A stretch of DNA of 64,000 nucleotides from Chiloscyllium plagiosum. Lineage: Eukaryota. Numbering within the stretch: position 1 is the first letter of the stretch; each line of letters opens with the position of its first letter. The stretch lies in contig NC_057718.1 in assembly GCF_004010195.1 (NCBI RefSeq), positions 57,998,182 to 58,062,181 of the forward strand. The letters are read 5' to 3'. The notes beneath the pieces were generated by a model that saw only the letters and a list, made by a program, of their open reading frames with translations, was not told the DNA's origin and made no database searches. This document shows, piece after piece, positions 39,350 to 51,449 of this stretch. The translations under genes and the position numbers were made by a program.

Positions 39350-40240
39350 TAAAAGCCTCCCCATCGCTGAGACTAAACTGACTGATGTTAACATTTTCCT
39401 GTTTTTGGAATGAGTGTGACACTTGCATTTCTCCAGATCTCTATCACCACCACTGTCTCCACAGGGAGATTTAGAAGATTACAGGCAGTGCCTCAGTAAT
39501 ATTGATCCTTACTTCTTGCAGCATCTTTGAATGTTTCTGATCCAGTCTGGGTTATTTATCAACTTTAAATTGGACAGCCCTTTCTAATATTTCCCAATTT
39601 ACAATTTTGACTCTGTCATTGTATCAACTACCTTCTCTTCCACCATGAGTTTGGCAGTATCTTTTTCCTTTGTAAAGACTGATGGAAAATACTCATTTAA
39701 TATATCAGACATGTCCCTTCCTCCATGCATAAATCACCTTTTTTGTCCCTATTTAGCCCACATCTTCTTTTGACACCCCTTCATTATTTAAATGTCTATC
39801 AAAGACTTTTGTTGCCTGCTGGCCTCTTCTTAAATCTTTTCTCACTTCCTATCTGAACTTTCTATATTTAGCCTGGATCTCAGTTGTATTATCACTTTGA
39901 CATCTGCTAGACGAACATCTATCTTTTTTTTGGCTCATCTTCATTTCTACCTCAACCATCTTCTAGTGAACTCTGGATTTGGCCTACATCTGCCCCTCAC
40001 AGGAAAGAATTTCAACTGTTGTCAAACTATCTTCTTTTTCAAAGTCGGCACCACTTTTCATTTACGGTTTTGCCTGACAATCTTTGAATCTGCTTGATCC
40101 ACTTGTCCTACTTTATTGCCCAGAAACAGATCTGGAAATGCCTTCTTCGCCTCTGTACCAAAAAAAATTGATATCGAAAATTCTCCTGAATGCTCTTTGG
40201 AAATTCTTCCCCATCTCTTTGCTTCACAATATTCTATCTT
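39350..40240 (-). mobile_element. Old CR1 ORF2 fragment
   Basis: LNEYFPSVFTKE motif and RT start on the minus strand. Confidence 0.65.
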
Positions 40241-40269
40241 GGTAAGGCTTTGTGAAGCCAGGAGCTAAA

Positions 40270-42350
40270 CTTAAAGATCCCTAAGGGAAAAGGGAATAAC
40301 ATTAGGAAAAATGGTGCAAATAAAAGAGTGTAAAAAAGAATTCTCACTTCTCACAATAAACATTTCTGCAATAGACATGAAGGTCCATATGGCGCAGTTG
40401 CAAGGAAGGGCAAAAAGGCCAGAAAATAAATTTAGACCAAGGTTACAGAATTGGGAAGGCCTCTGAATGTATTTAAACTGAAAATGAGTAAATTTAAAGA
40501 AATCTCATGGAAGAGTATAGTAGAAGAAAAGGAACAGGAAAATATAATGATTTTATAAGACCGCTCGGTCCAACTCGTCCATGCCAAGATTCTAAATTTC
40601 AATGAGAAAATTTATGAAATTTGCAGCTGGAGAAAGTCATGCAATATTTTGTGTAGAAGAAAGTGCTTGGTTTTTAGAGTGCTTTGGTTTTATTCAGAAA
40701 GAAGTAAGAAAACTCCATCTTTGCTGCAGAGGCAAGAAAGCCCCAGAAGTGAGGAGCTATCATTTTGATCACCGAAAAAAAGAGAAAAGTCTGAGGAAGG
40801 AGAGAAATTCCAAAACGTGTACAGCCAGAAAGTAATACAAAGAAGTAGATTTAAAAAGCTTGAAAGCTGGAAATTACTACAAAAAAGTCTGTCATCCAAT
40901 TTAAAGCTTTATTGAAGAGTTCAATACAGTACGACGAAAACAAAGATTTCAAATGACCGGCAAATAAAGGAATTACTGCAACATGGTTGTGGTGCAAAAT
41001 CTAACAAACTCAACATTCACTCAATGAAAAACATCACTGGTAAGTACAAGAATTCAAGCTCAAAAAATTTGAGATTTGAAGCTATTTTGAAATGTAACAC
41101 ATTTCAAGAAATTGCAGAATCATAGGTATGTACAGCATGGAAACAAACCGCTCGGTCCAACTCGTCCATGCCAAGATCCTAAATTAATCTACTCCCATTT
41201 GTCAGCATTTGGCCCATATCCCATTAAATCATTCCTATTCATATACCCATCCAGATGCCTTTTAAATGTTGTAATTGTACCAGCCTCCACCACCTTTTCC
41301 AGCTCGTTCCATACACGCACCACCCTCTACATGAAAACGTTGTCCCTTAGCTTCCTTTTAAATCTTTTCACTCTCACCTTAAACCTATACCCACTAGTTT
41401 TGGACTCCTCCACCCTGGGGAAAAGACCTTAGCTATTGACCCTATCTATGCCCCTCATGATTTTATAAATTTATATAAGGTCACTTCTCAGCCTCCAATG
41501 GTTCAGGGAAAATAACCTAATCTATTCAGCCTCTCCCTACAGCTCAAACCTTCCAACCCTGGCAAAATCCTTGTAAATCTTTTCTGAACACTTTCAAGTT
41601 TCATAACATCTTTCTTATAGCAGGAGACCAGAATTGCATGCACTATTCAAAAAGTAGCCTAACCGATGTTCTGTATTTAAAGTATTTTACAGTAATAAAA
41701 TTAATTAGCACATTGAGAATGATTAGAAAAAGGTTATAATTCTTCCAAGTAGAGTCAAGATCAGAGACAGACCATTTAGGTCACAAGACTAGACTTTATG
41801 GAGACAACAGTTCTTAAGATACAGCATTGCCTCAAAATCAAAAACTAAGTGCAGAAGTAATATTGAGGTACAAAGCTGCAGAAGAGGAGTAAGTTAGACA
41901 TGAAAATGACTCAATATACTAGAAAATCTCTTTTAATAGAGATAAACAAGTCAGTCACAGAAGAAATGAGTGATCCCAATGAATATCTTCTGTATACTTA
42001 TGTTGTGTCCATCATTCTCTCGAATTTTCTCATTGACTGTACTGGCCTAAAAGGCCCATATGCAGCAGTGACTTCCAGAAATGTAGATCAATGCTGCGAT
42101 CACCGTGCTGATACTGACTGCTGTACATCAGACCCTTGCATGCGCAAACACACAGCTTTGAGGGAACATTGTTTGTGTATCATCGACAACTACTCATTAG
42201 CATGGCTCAAGACAATGCAACAGCAAAGGAGGACTTCAGGAGAGAAGTATGTCAAACAACATTTCACATGAAATGCCACAAAGCACCAAGCGTGGTTGTC
42301 TGAGGAAAAAAGCTACACTGAGCAACATAGATACCAAGCCTTTCTGAGAA
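40270..42350 (+). mobile_element. Highly degenerate Gypsy gag-pol remnant, split by a CR1
   Basis: LEKVMQYFV (gag-like) and FEG..LCIIDNYS (integrase-like, compare YLLVVDYYS). Confidence 0.4.
41115..41675 (-). mobile_element. HER1-like CR1 3' end
   Basis: Same 3' consensus as the other copies. Confidence 0.85.
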
Positions 42351-42439
42351 ACAATTGTCATTAAGGAGCCATCAAATCACAGAATCATAGAATTACCATA
42401 GGGCAGAAGGAGGCCATTCACCCCATGGTAAATCAATTG

Positions 42440-43960
42440 GTAATGTTGGGTCACATGGGATTCAGGGTGAGCTTGCCATTTGGATACATAATTGGTTTAG
42501 CAGCAGAAGACAGAGTGTTGTGATGGAGGGTTGCTTTTCCGACTGGAGGCCTCCAGTAGCAGGGCTCCACAGGGATCGGTTCTGGATCCTCTTTTGTTTG
42601 TCATTTATATAAACGATTTGGATGAGAACATAGAAGGCATGGTTGGTAAGTTTGCAGATGGCACCAAAGTGTTTGCTATTGTGGACAGTGAAGACATTTT
42701 TTCTAAGATTACAAAGGGATCTTCAGCAGAGGGAAATTGAGAAACAAACTTGTAAGGAGATCTCAGCTATCTGTAAGAATAATAGGGTAGTTATGGTAGG
42801 TGATGTTAACTTTCCAAACATCGACTGAGACTGCCATAGTGCTAAAGGTTTAGATGGAGACGAATTTCTTAAGTGCGTATAAGACAATTTTCTGATTCAG
42901 TATGTGGATGTACTGAAATGAGAAGGTGCAAAACCTGACCTACTCTTGGGAAATAAGGCAGGGCAGGTGACTGAGGTGTCAGTGGGGGAGCACTTTGGGG
43001 CCAGCGACCATAATTCTATTCGTTTTAAAATAGTGACCGAAAAGGATAGACCAGAACTAAAAGTTGAAGTTCTAAATTGGAGAAAGGCCAATTTTGACGG
43101 TATTAGGCAAGAACTTTCGAAAGCTGATTGGGGGCAAATGTTCACAGGTAAAGGGGCGGCTGGAAAATGGGAAGCCTTCAGAAATGAGATAACAAGAATC
43201 CAGAGAAAGTATATTCCTGTCAGGGTGAAAGGAAAGGCGACATGAGATAGCTTTGGCAAATGTAATTAAGGAGAATCCAATGGATTTTTACAAATACATT
43301 AAGGATAAAAGGGTAACGAGGGAGAGAATAGGGCCCCTCAAAGATCAGCAAGGTGGCCTTTGTATGGAGCCACAAAAAATGGGGGATATACTAAATGAAT
43401 ATTTTGCATCAGTATTTACTGTGGCAGACTGATTAGCAAGGTTAGATCTCATGGAATACAGGGAGAACTAGCCACTTGGATACAGAACTGGCTCAAAGGT
43501 AGAAGACAGAGGGTGGGATGGAGGGTTGTTTTCCAGACTGGAGGCCTGTGACCAGTGGAGTGCCACAAGGATCAGTGCAGGGTGACCTCATAGAGGTTTA
43601 CAAAATTATGAGGGGCATAGATAGGATAAATAGACAAAGACTTTTGACTGGGGTCGGGGAGTCCAGAACTAGAGGGCATAGGTTTAGGGTGAGAGGGGAA
43701 AGATATAAAAGAGACCTAAGGGGCAACATTTTCACACAGAGGTTGGTATGTGTATGGAATGAGCTGCCAGAGGAAGTGGTGGAGGCTGGTACAATGGCAA
43801 CATTTAAGAGGCATTTGGATGGGTATATGAATAGGAAGGGTTTGGAGGGACATGGGCCGGATACTGGCAGGTGGGACTAGATTGGGTTGGGATATCTGGT
43901 CGGCATGGACAGGTTGGATCGAAGGGTCTGTTTCCATGCTGTACATCTCTATGACTCTAT
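42440..43960 (+). mobile_element. Rearranged CR1 mosaic (RT piece, APE piece, linker, 3' end)
   Basis: PQGSVLDPLLF..YINDLD; GDVNFP; HFGASDHN; VTSGVPQGSV joined directly to GDLIEVYKI; ctctatga tail. Confidence 0.85.
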
Positions 43961-44394
43961 GATTTGCATGTAGACAATAAGGACATTGAGGTAGAACATG
44001 TGTTTCAGGTCAATTTGATGAATTTTCATGAACACAAATGAAACCAATTTCAGGAACAGCAGATAATGATATATGACCACACTGAGAGTTTTGTGCACAA
44101 GGAGTTTTGGCCCCCTTATTTGAAGAAAGATTACTGGAATTGAAGGAAGTTCAGAGGAAGTTCACTAGATTGATCCCAGAGATGAGGAGTTTGTCATATG
44201 AAGGGAGATTGAACAGTTTAGGCCTATACTCTTTGGAATTTAGAACAATAAGGGGAGATCAAAGTGAGGATTCAAAATGATAAAAGATGTGGATAAAATC
44301 GACATGGAGTGGATGCTTTCTCTTGTGGGGCATTCTAATGTTAACTCAAAAAGTCTTGGACCACGCAAGACTTTCAATTTCAATAAGGATTCTG

Positions 44395-45503
44395 GGTAAT
44401 CCAAGATGGAGGATGGGAAAAATTCCTGGCTATAACAGATGCTCCTTTTTTGAGGTATTTTAAGTGTTGGAGGTGATTTCCTCGAATTCCAGGAGCAGCA
44501 ATTACTGTTTTATATGATGTTGCATTGTTTTGGAACTTTGGAGAAGAAAGAAAGTCAAAACAACAGCACTTTTAAAAGGGATACTTACAGACAAACAAAG
44601 CACATGGTGAGGTCAGTGCAGGAGAGAAAGAGAGAACGAAACCCACACTGCTAACTGACAGAGCAGTGAACATGCACAGTTACTACCTTTGCTGTTTGAA
44701 TTCATCTATCGCTGGACATCGGGGTGCATCTGGGAAAATTAACAGTGAAATTCACAACTGATCTTGGAGGAACCTGTTTGGGAGAGATCACAGCATAGAA
44801 ACAGATAAGTGGATATTTTAAGCATGGCCTTACAGCAAGTCTGCAGTGGTGAGTAGAGTGGGTTCTTTCTTGATTATATGTTTTATTGAGATATGTCTCT
44901 TGATTAAACTTAAAATATAAGCCATAGTTATTACTTTAACCTGGAGCAGTGTTTTGTAGAGGAATAAGACAGAGCTATTTTCTGGGTCTGTAGAATGAAA
45001 GAAGCGAAAATGGCCTTTAGTAGAGTGATATCCTCTTCTTGTTGGAAGTTTAGGGAAAGTTTATATGTTACTGAGGATTATATCTGCAATAAATGCCATT
45101 AGTTGTGAATCCTATCAGATCGAATGGATCAGTTGGAGAGATGATTAGAGGCAATGAGGAATTTACAAGAGCAAGGGGATGTGATGGATGGCTGTTACAG
45201 TAAGGGGGAAAGGTTGCAGATACAGTCACATAGATAGGTTAACTCTGGGAAAAGTAAAAGAGATAGACAGTTAGTGCAGGAGTCTTCTGTGGCTATCCCC
45301 ATTTCAAACAAGTGTGCTGTTTTGGAAAATGTAGGGGGTGATGGATTCTTATGGGAACATAGCACAAACAGCCAGGTTTCTGGTATTGAGACTGGCTCAA
45401 TATGTCGGGTTCCAAGAGATTGATTGTGTAAGGGGACTCTCAAGTCTGAGTTACAGACAGATTTGTTAGCAAGATTAGATCTCATGGAATACAGGGAGAA
45501 CTA
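44395..45503 (+). mobile_element. CR1 5' UTR and ORF1 N-terminus (zinc finger/leucine zipper), degenerate
   Basis: MAFSRV.SSSCW..EDYICNKC..LSDRMDQLER..EAMR; IPISNKCAVL; truncated GDS esterase start. Confidence 0.6.
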
Positions 45504-45666
45504 ATGAGTTTGAGAAGATTTGTAGCTCAGGTTGAGGTTCTGGATGTAGGTTTGCTTGCTGAGCTGGAAGGTTCATTCCCAGACGTTCCATCACCCTACT
45601 GGGTAACATCGTCAGTGGGCCTCAGGGCAAAGCACTGCTGATGATTCCTGTTTTCTATTTATATGT
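45504..45666 (-). mobile_element. Penelope-like 3' terminus with hammerhead-like motif
   Basis: Minus strand ccaCTGACGAtgttacccagtagggtgatGGAACGTCtgg; terminus related to the 48266 element. Confidence 0.7.
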
Positions 45667-45759
45667 GGAATGGCACCGGATGTAGTAACATTTAAATCAA
45701 TAGCTTTGTTTTGTCTAATGTGAACAATACTAACTGTATAGATTATGTACTTTTGATTT

Positions 45760-46590
45760 ATGAGAACTTAACTAGAGGTAGAAATGTTACATTGTGTGGG
45801 AAAATGAAACATGCAAAACGTTATGCACATAAGAGCTAACAAGATGTTTGGCACAGAACACTGTGTAATAGCTGGGATTCAATAGATATAGAGAAGAAAT
45901 TGAGGCTATGTGAGGCATGCCAGAGGAACTGACAACAGGACCTTCACAGGACCTTATAATGTCCCATCAGTCCCTTGATCCAAAATTATAACAGATTTAT
46001 TCATAACACATAGCGAGCGGTTTCACTTAGACATCTGCTATTTTCCGAATTTTCAATTGTCAGGCAATGAAAGGATATGGATGCTATGAGTGCAATATTC
46101 AATCTGTTTTGTCCACCTGAAGAAGAAGTATTTGACAATGGCAGAGCTTTTTCAAGCTATGTGTGTCACATGGGCTTAAAACATGTGATAACCTCACCAC
46201 ACGATCCCAAATCCAATAGCCTCACTGTGCAAATGCTTTGTACTGTTAAAGTAAGGTGATTAAGGAGGATTTTAACATTGCTAAAGCATACCAAAAAGTT
46301 ATACCTCTGGACATAGGCTTTCTCTCACTACTAGTGATGATGTTTATCTCAGAAATATGGAATTACTCATTGAAAACTAAGGGAGAATGAGTTGGTGCAG
46401 ATTTGACCTGCAAGTCTGGAGGTGCCAAGTTTCCATCTCGGACAAAAGGTCAGAATCATACATTCTAACCTAAGAACCTGGCTGTCTGCAAGTGTCCAAT
46501 GCATACAGTGAGTCTGGATCCTACAAAGTCACATCACTTTATGGAGCAGCACTAAGGAGAAGCAGAAACCAAGTGTGCAATACTCCAGTT
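45760..46590 (+). mobile_element. Gypsy integrase remnant
   Basis: PEEEVFDNGRAFSS..GLKHVITSPHDPKSN..VQMLCTVK resembles the rve core. Confidence 0.7.
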
Positions 46591-48340
46591 AGAGTCAGTG
46601 AGACACAGAGATGTACAGCATGGGAACAGACCCATCGGACCACCTCATCCATGCTGACCAGATATCCTAACCTAGTCTAGTCCCATTTGCCAACACTTGG
46701 CCCATATCCCTCCAAACCCTTCTCATTCATATACCTATCCAGATGCCTTTTAAATGTTGTAATTGTACCAGCCTCCACCACTTCCTCTGCCAACTCATTC
46801 CATACACATACCACCCTCTGCATGAAATGATTGCCCCTTAGGTCCCTTTTAAACTTTTTCTAGTTCTGCCCTCTAGTTCTGGACTTCCCCGCTGCAGGGA
46901 AAAGACCTTGCTTATTTACCATATCCATGCCCCTGATGATTTTATAAACCTCTATAAGTCACTCTTGAGCCTCTGATGCTCCAGGGAATACAGCCCAACC
47001 TATTCAACCTCTCTCTATAGCTCAAATCCTCCAACCCTGGCAACATCCTTGTAAATCTTTTCTGAACCCTTTCAAGATTCACAACATCCATCCAATAAGT
47101 GAGAGACCAGAATTGCACACAATACTCAAAAAATAGTCTAACCAATATCCTGTACAGCTGCAACATAACCTCCCAAAACCTATACTTACTGCTCTGACCA
47201 ATAAAGGAACGCATACCAAACACCTTCTTCACTGTCCTATCTACTTGTGACTCCACTTTCAAGGAACTATGAACCTGCACTCCAAGGTCTCTTTGTTCAG
47301 CAACACTCATGAGGACCTTACCATTAAGTGTATAAGTCCTGCTCTGATTTGCTTTTCCAAAATGCAGCACCTCACATTCATCTAAATTAAACTTCAACTG
47401 CCACTCCTCAGCCCATTGTCCCATCTGATCAAGATCCCATTGTACTCTGAGGTAACTTTCTTTGTCCACTACACCTCCAATTTTGGTGTCATCTGCAAAC
47501 TTACTAACTGTACGTCCCATATTCATAACGAAATAATTTATATAAACGATGACAAGCAGTGGACCCAACACCAATCCTTGTGGCACACGACTGGTCAAAG
47601 GCCTCCAGTCTGAAAAACAAGATCCACCACCACCCTCTGTCTTCTACATTTCAGCCAGTTCTGTATCCAATGGCTAGTTCTTCCTGTGTTCAATGAGATC
47701 TAGCCTTGCTTACCAGTCTCCATGAGGAACCTTGTCAAATGCCTTACAGAAATCCTTATAGATCACGTCCACCTCCCTGCTCTAATCAATCCTCTTTGCT
47801 ACTTCTTCAAAAAACTCAATCAAGTTTGTGAGACATGATTTCCTATGCACAAAGCCATGGTGACTATCCCTGGTTGGATAGTTCTCCCTGTGTTCAATGA
47901 GATCTTGCCTTGCTCACCAGTCTCCATGAGGAACCTTTTCAAATGCCTTACTGTGGTCCATATAGATCTTGTCCACCTCTCTGCTCTCAACAGTCCTCTT
48001 TGTACTTCTTCAAAAAACTCAATCAAATTTGTGAGACATGATTTCTCACACACAAAGCCATGTGAGCCATTAGGGACTATCCCTAATCAGTCCTTGCCTT
48101 TCGAAATACATGTACATCCTGTCCCCCAGATTTCCCTCCAACAACTTGCCCACCACTGACATAGTTCCTTGGCTTGTCCTTACCACCTTTCTTAAATACT
48201 GGCACCACATCAGCCATCATTCAGTCTTCTGGCACCTCACCAGTGACTATTGATGATACAAATATTCAACGTTTGTGAGAAGATTTGTAGCTCGGGTGCT
48301 CGTTGTTGTGGTTCTGTTCGCCGAGCTGGGAATTTATGTT

Positions 48341-48380
48341 GCAGACGTTTCGTCCCCTGTCTAGGTGACATCTTCAGCCC
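48341..48380 (-). ncRNA. Minimal hammerhead ribozyme motif (Penelope pLTR type)
   Basis: CUGAAGA-uguc accuagacagg ggac-GAAACGUC-ugc. Palindromic ACGU stem III as in PLE-associated minimal hammerheads; stem I imperfect in this copy. Confidence 0.6.
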
Positions 48381-48923
48381 TTGGGAGCCTCCTGTGAAGC
48401 GCTTCTGTGATGTTTCCTCCGGCATTTATAGTGGTTTGAATCTGCCGCTTCCGGTTGTCAGTTCCAGCTGTCCGTTGCAGTGGTCGGTACATTGGGTCCA
48501 GGTCGATGTGCTTATTGATTGAATCTGTGGATGAGTGCCATGTCTCTAGGAATTCCCTGGCTATTCTCTGTTTGGCTTGTCCTATAATGGTAGTGTTGTC
48601 CCAGTCGAATTCATGTTGCTTGTCATCTGCATGTGTGGCTACTAAGGATAGCTGGTCGTGTCGTTTCGTGGCTAGTTGGTGTTCATGGATGCGGATCATT
48701 AGCTGTCTTCATGTTTGTCCTATGTAGTATTTTGTGCAGTCCTTGCATGGGATTTTGTACGCTACATTGGTTTTGCTCATGCTGGGTATGGGGTCCTTCG
48801 TTCTGGTGAATTGTTGTCTGAGAGTGGCTGTTGGTTTGTGTGCTGTCAACCGGAAGTGGCAGAGACAAACCACTATAAATGCCGGAGGAAACATCACAGA
48901 AGCGCTTCACAGGAGGCTCCCAA

Positions 48924-48963
48924 GCACTGAGGATGTCACTTCGACAGGGGACGAAATATCTGC
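48924..48963 (+). ncRNA. Minimal hammerhead ribozyme motif, inverted-arm copy
   Basis: gca-CUGAGGA-uguc..ggac-GAAAUAUC-ugc. Stem I gca/ugc pairs; stem III AUAU is still palindromic. Confidence 0.55.
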
Positions 48964-49651
48964 AACACAAATTCCCAGCTCGGCGAACAGAACCACAACA
49001 ATGATACAAATATCTCAGCAAGAGGCCCAGCAATCACTTCCCTTATTTCCCACAGAGTTCTTAGGTACAGCTGATAAGGTCCTGGGGATTTACCCACATT
49101 TATGTGTTTTAAGACATCCAGCACATCCTCCTCTTTAATATGGACATTTTTCAAGATGTCACCATCTATTTCCCAACATTCTATATCTTCCTTTTCTGTC
49201 TCCACAGTAAATACTGATACAAGATACTCATTTAGTATCTCCCCCATCTCCTGTGGCTCCACACATAGGATGCCCTGCTGATCTTTAAGGTGCCCTATTC
49301 TCTCCTTAGTTATCCTTCTGTCCTTAATATATTTATAAAATCCCTTTGGATTCTCCTTAACCCAATTTGCCAAAGCTATCTCGTGACCCCTTTTTGTCCT
49401 CCTGATATCCCTCTTCAGTATACTCCTACTGCCTTTATACTCTTCTAAGGATTGACTTGATCTCTGCTGTCTATAGAATTGTATGTAGAACAGACACAAA
49501 ATACACAGATAATGAAAACATGGAAGGTAACAATCAACATTTGAACTACATGCAAGAGGCCAACACATATATAAGTCAACAATAACCAAGTTTGAAGTCT
49601 ACACCTGCAAAGGGTTATACCATCACAAGGGCCAGCAACTTATATGTCATG

Positions 49652-50225
49652 AGCTGAAAAATGTGTTGCTGGAAAAGCGCAGCAGGTCAGGCAGCATCCA
49701 AGGAGCAGGAGAATCGACGTTTCAGGTATAAGCCCTTCTTCAGGAATGAGGAAGGTGTGCCAAGCAGGCTAAGCTAAAAGGAAGGGAGGAGGGACTTGGG
49801 GGAGGGGCGTTGGGAATGCGATAGGTGGAAGGAGGTTAAGGTGAGGGTGATAGGCCAGAGAGGGGGTAGGGGCGGAGAGGTTGGGAAGGAGATTCTCTCC
49901 TCTACATTGGGGAGACAAGTACTTGTGGAGCATTTCAGAGAACACCTCTGGGACACCCGCACCAACCAACCCAACCGCCCCGTGGCTGAACATTTTAACT
50001 CCCCCTCCCACTCTGCCAAGGACATGCAGATCCTTGGCCTCCTTCATCGCCAGACCATGGCAACATGATGCCTGGACGAAGAGCACCTCATCTTCTGCCC
50101 AGGAACCCTCCAACCACGAGGGATGAATGCAGATTTCTCCTTGGATGCTGCCTGACCTGCTGCGCTTTTCCAGCAACACATTTTTCAGCTCTGATCTCCA
50201 ACATCTGCAGTCCTCACTTTCTCCT
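49652..50225. mobile_element. Penelope-like element with inverted arms and GIY-YIG fragment, 15-bp TSD
   Basis: LYIG..EHFREHLWDTRTNQPNRPVAEHFNSPSH. Hammerhead-like CUGAAGA..GAAACGUC at 49716-49743 (-). TSD aacttatatgtcatg (49637-49651) / aacttatatatcatg (50226-50240). Confidence 0.88.
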
Positions 50226-51009
50226 AACTTATATATCATGCAGACTTTCAGAGTCTCAAGACCTTAAATTTTACAACTCTTGTTTCTATAAACATGATTT
50301 TGCAATGAACTAAAATATACCTATTTTCACTTTTAATGCATATAGTTTTAGTTTTGGGTTTTAGAGTTACAGCATGAAATGAAAAGAAAAATTCTGCAAG
50401 TATTTTCAATCACAGTATTATTAAGATGTTTGATTGGTTTCCTTAGCAAACAAAATCAATTTAATGCAAAAGTCAATATTTCCATTATATTTCATGATAT
50501 TAATAATTCATGCTGCACAGCTTGTTGTTCCTGTCAGGAACATGATGGTCTCATTCAGCAGTTTCCTTGGTACAATACACATCTTGCGCTGCTGGTAATG
50601 CCCTTCAATCCACAACTTTACTTTAAAAGGGTTTACGATAAAATCTCTTGGAACATTTTTGAGACAGTTCCATCCACGTAAAGAAATCCATGTAAGGAAT
50701 TCGGTGCACAGCCATCTCATTCAAATAGAAGAACCTTCATAGTTAGTCTCCTCTCTGCTACTGCCTGTCCTCCTTGTAACCACAATGATTAAAGGGAGTA
50801 CAGTACATATTTTCTAGTTCGCTAAGTGTGGAAGACACATCCTAAATGTCAATGCACAAGAACACTTTATTACATTGTCATATTTTTGTTTTTGTTATCA
50901 CTTCCTCTTCAAGAAATGTTAAGCTTTCCTATTATATTAACCAGCAGAGTTCTCAGAAAATGGCAAACTCACTGATAGTTTAGTTGGTGAATGCATCAGT
51001 TGAAATAAA

Positions 51010-51385
51010 TAAAAAAAATTTAAAAGGTATTTGCATGTTGTCTTTCATGACAATTAGATGGCTCCAAGTCTCATTAACTTTAGAACAAATTAAGTACTTT
51101 GCAAACATGGCCACTGTTGTAATGTAGGAAAGATAACAGATAATTTGTGTATAGCATGGGCCTACATATAGCGTTGTCATTATTGATCAGGACACGGAGG
51201 ATAACTCCTTTGTTTTTCTTCAAAGAAGACATGAGATCTTTTCACACAAGAGGGCAATTTGAGCCTCAGTTTAACATTTCAAATGAACTGTTGAAATGTA
51301 GCTGTCCTTCAGCAATGCCTTGGCAAATTGGCTTTGATTGTTGTGCTCAAGTGCTTGGTGAAGTTTCATCCTGAACAATGCAATC
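51010..51385 (-). mobile_element. DeuSINE-like SINE
   Basis: Aligns loosely with 31560-31905. Confidence 0.5.
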
Positions 51386-51449
51386 TTGACAGGGATGCTA
51401 CAATCATCAACATTTCAGCCAGTTAGGGAAGCAGAAAGCATTTTAAAAC

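Larger units (their letters stand above)
48266..49000 (-). mobile_element. Penelope-like element, GIY-YIG 3' part plus inverted arm, 13-bp TSD
   Basis: NVAYKIPCKDCTKYYIGQT and RIHEHQ..REFLETWH on the minus strand. 48845-49000 is an inverted copy of 48303-48460. Exact TSD atgatacaaatat at 48253-48265 and 49001-49013. Confidence 0.92.
46591..49475 (-). mobile_element. Long HER1-like CR1 ORF2 (linker, RT, 3' end) with deletions, a tandem duplication and a Penelope-like insertion
   Basis: ORFs 48936-49589 (LNEYLVSVFT, KSPGP) and 46942-47598 (VPQGLVLGP, FADDTKIGG). Confidence 0.9.

Noticed and set aside
40602..40835. AWFLECFGF peptide as a RAG/Transib-like remnant
   Set aside because: No other diagnostic motifs; neighbouring frames fit a decayed Gypsy better.
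46942..49589. 218-aa and 217-aa ORFs as host genes
   Set aside because: Both are CR1 ORF2 fragments; the second is fused to antisense Penelope-like sequence.
50379..50720. 100-aa and 70-aa ORFs with a possible acceptor near 50537
   Set aside because: No domain-like features; cannot be supported without expression data.
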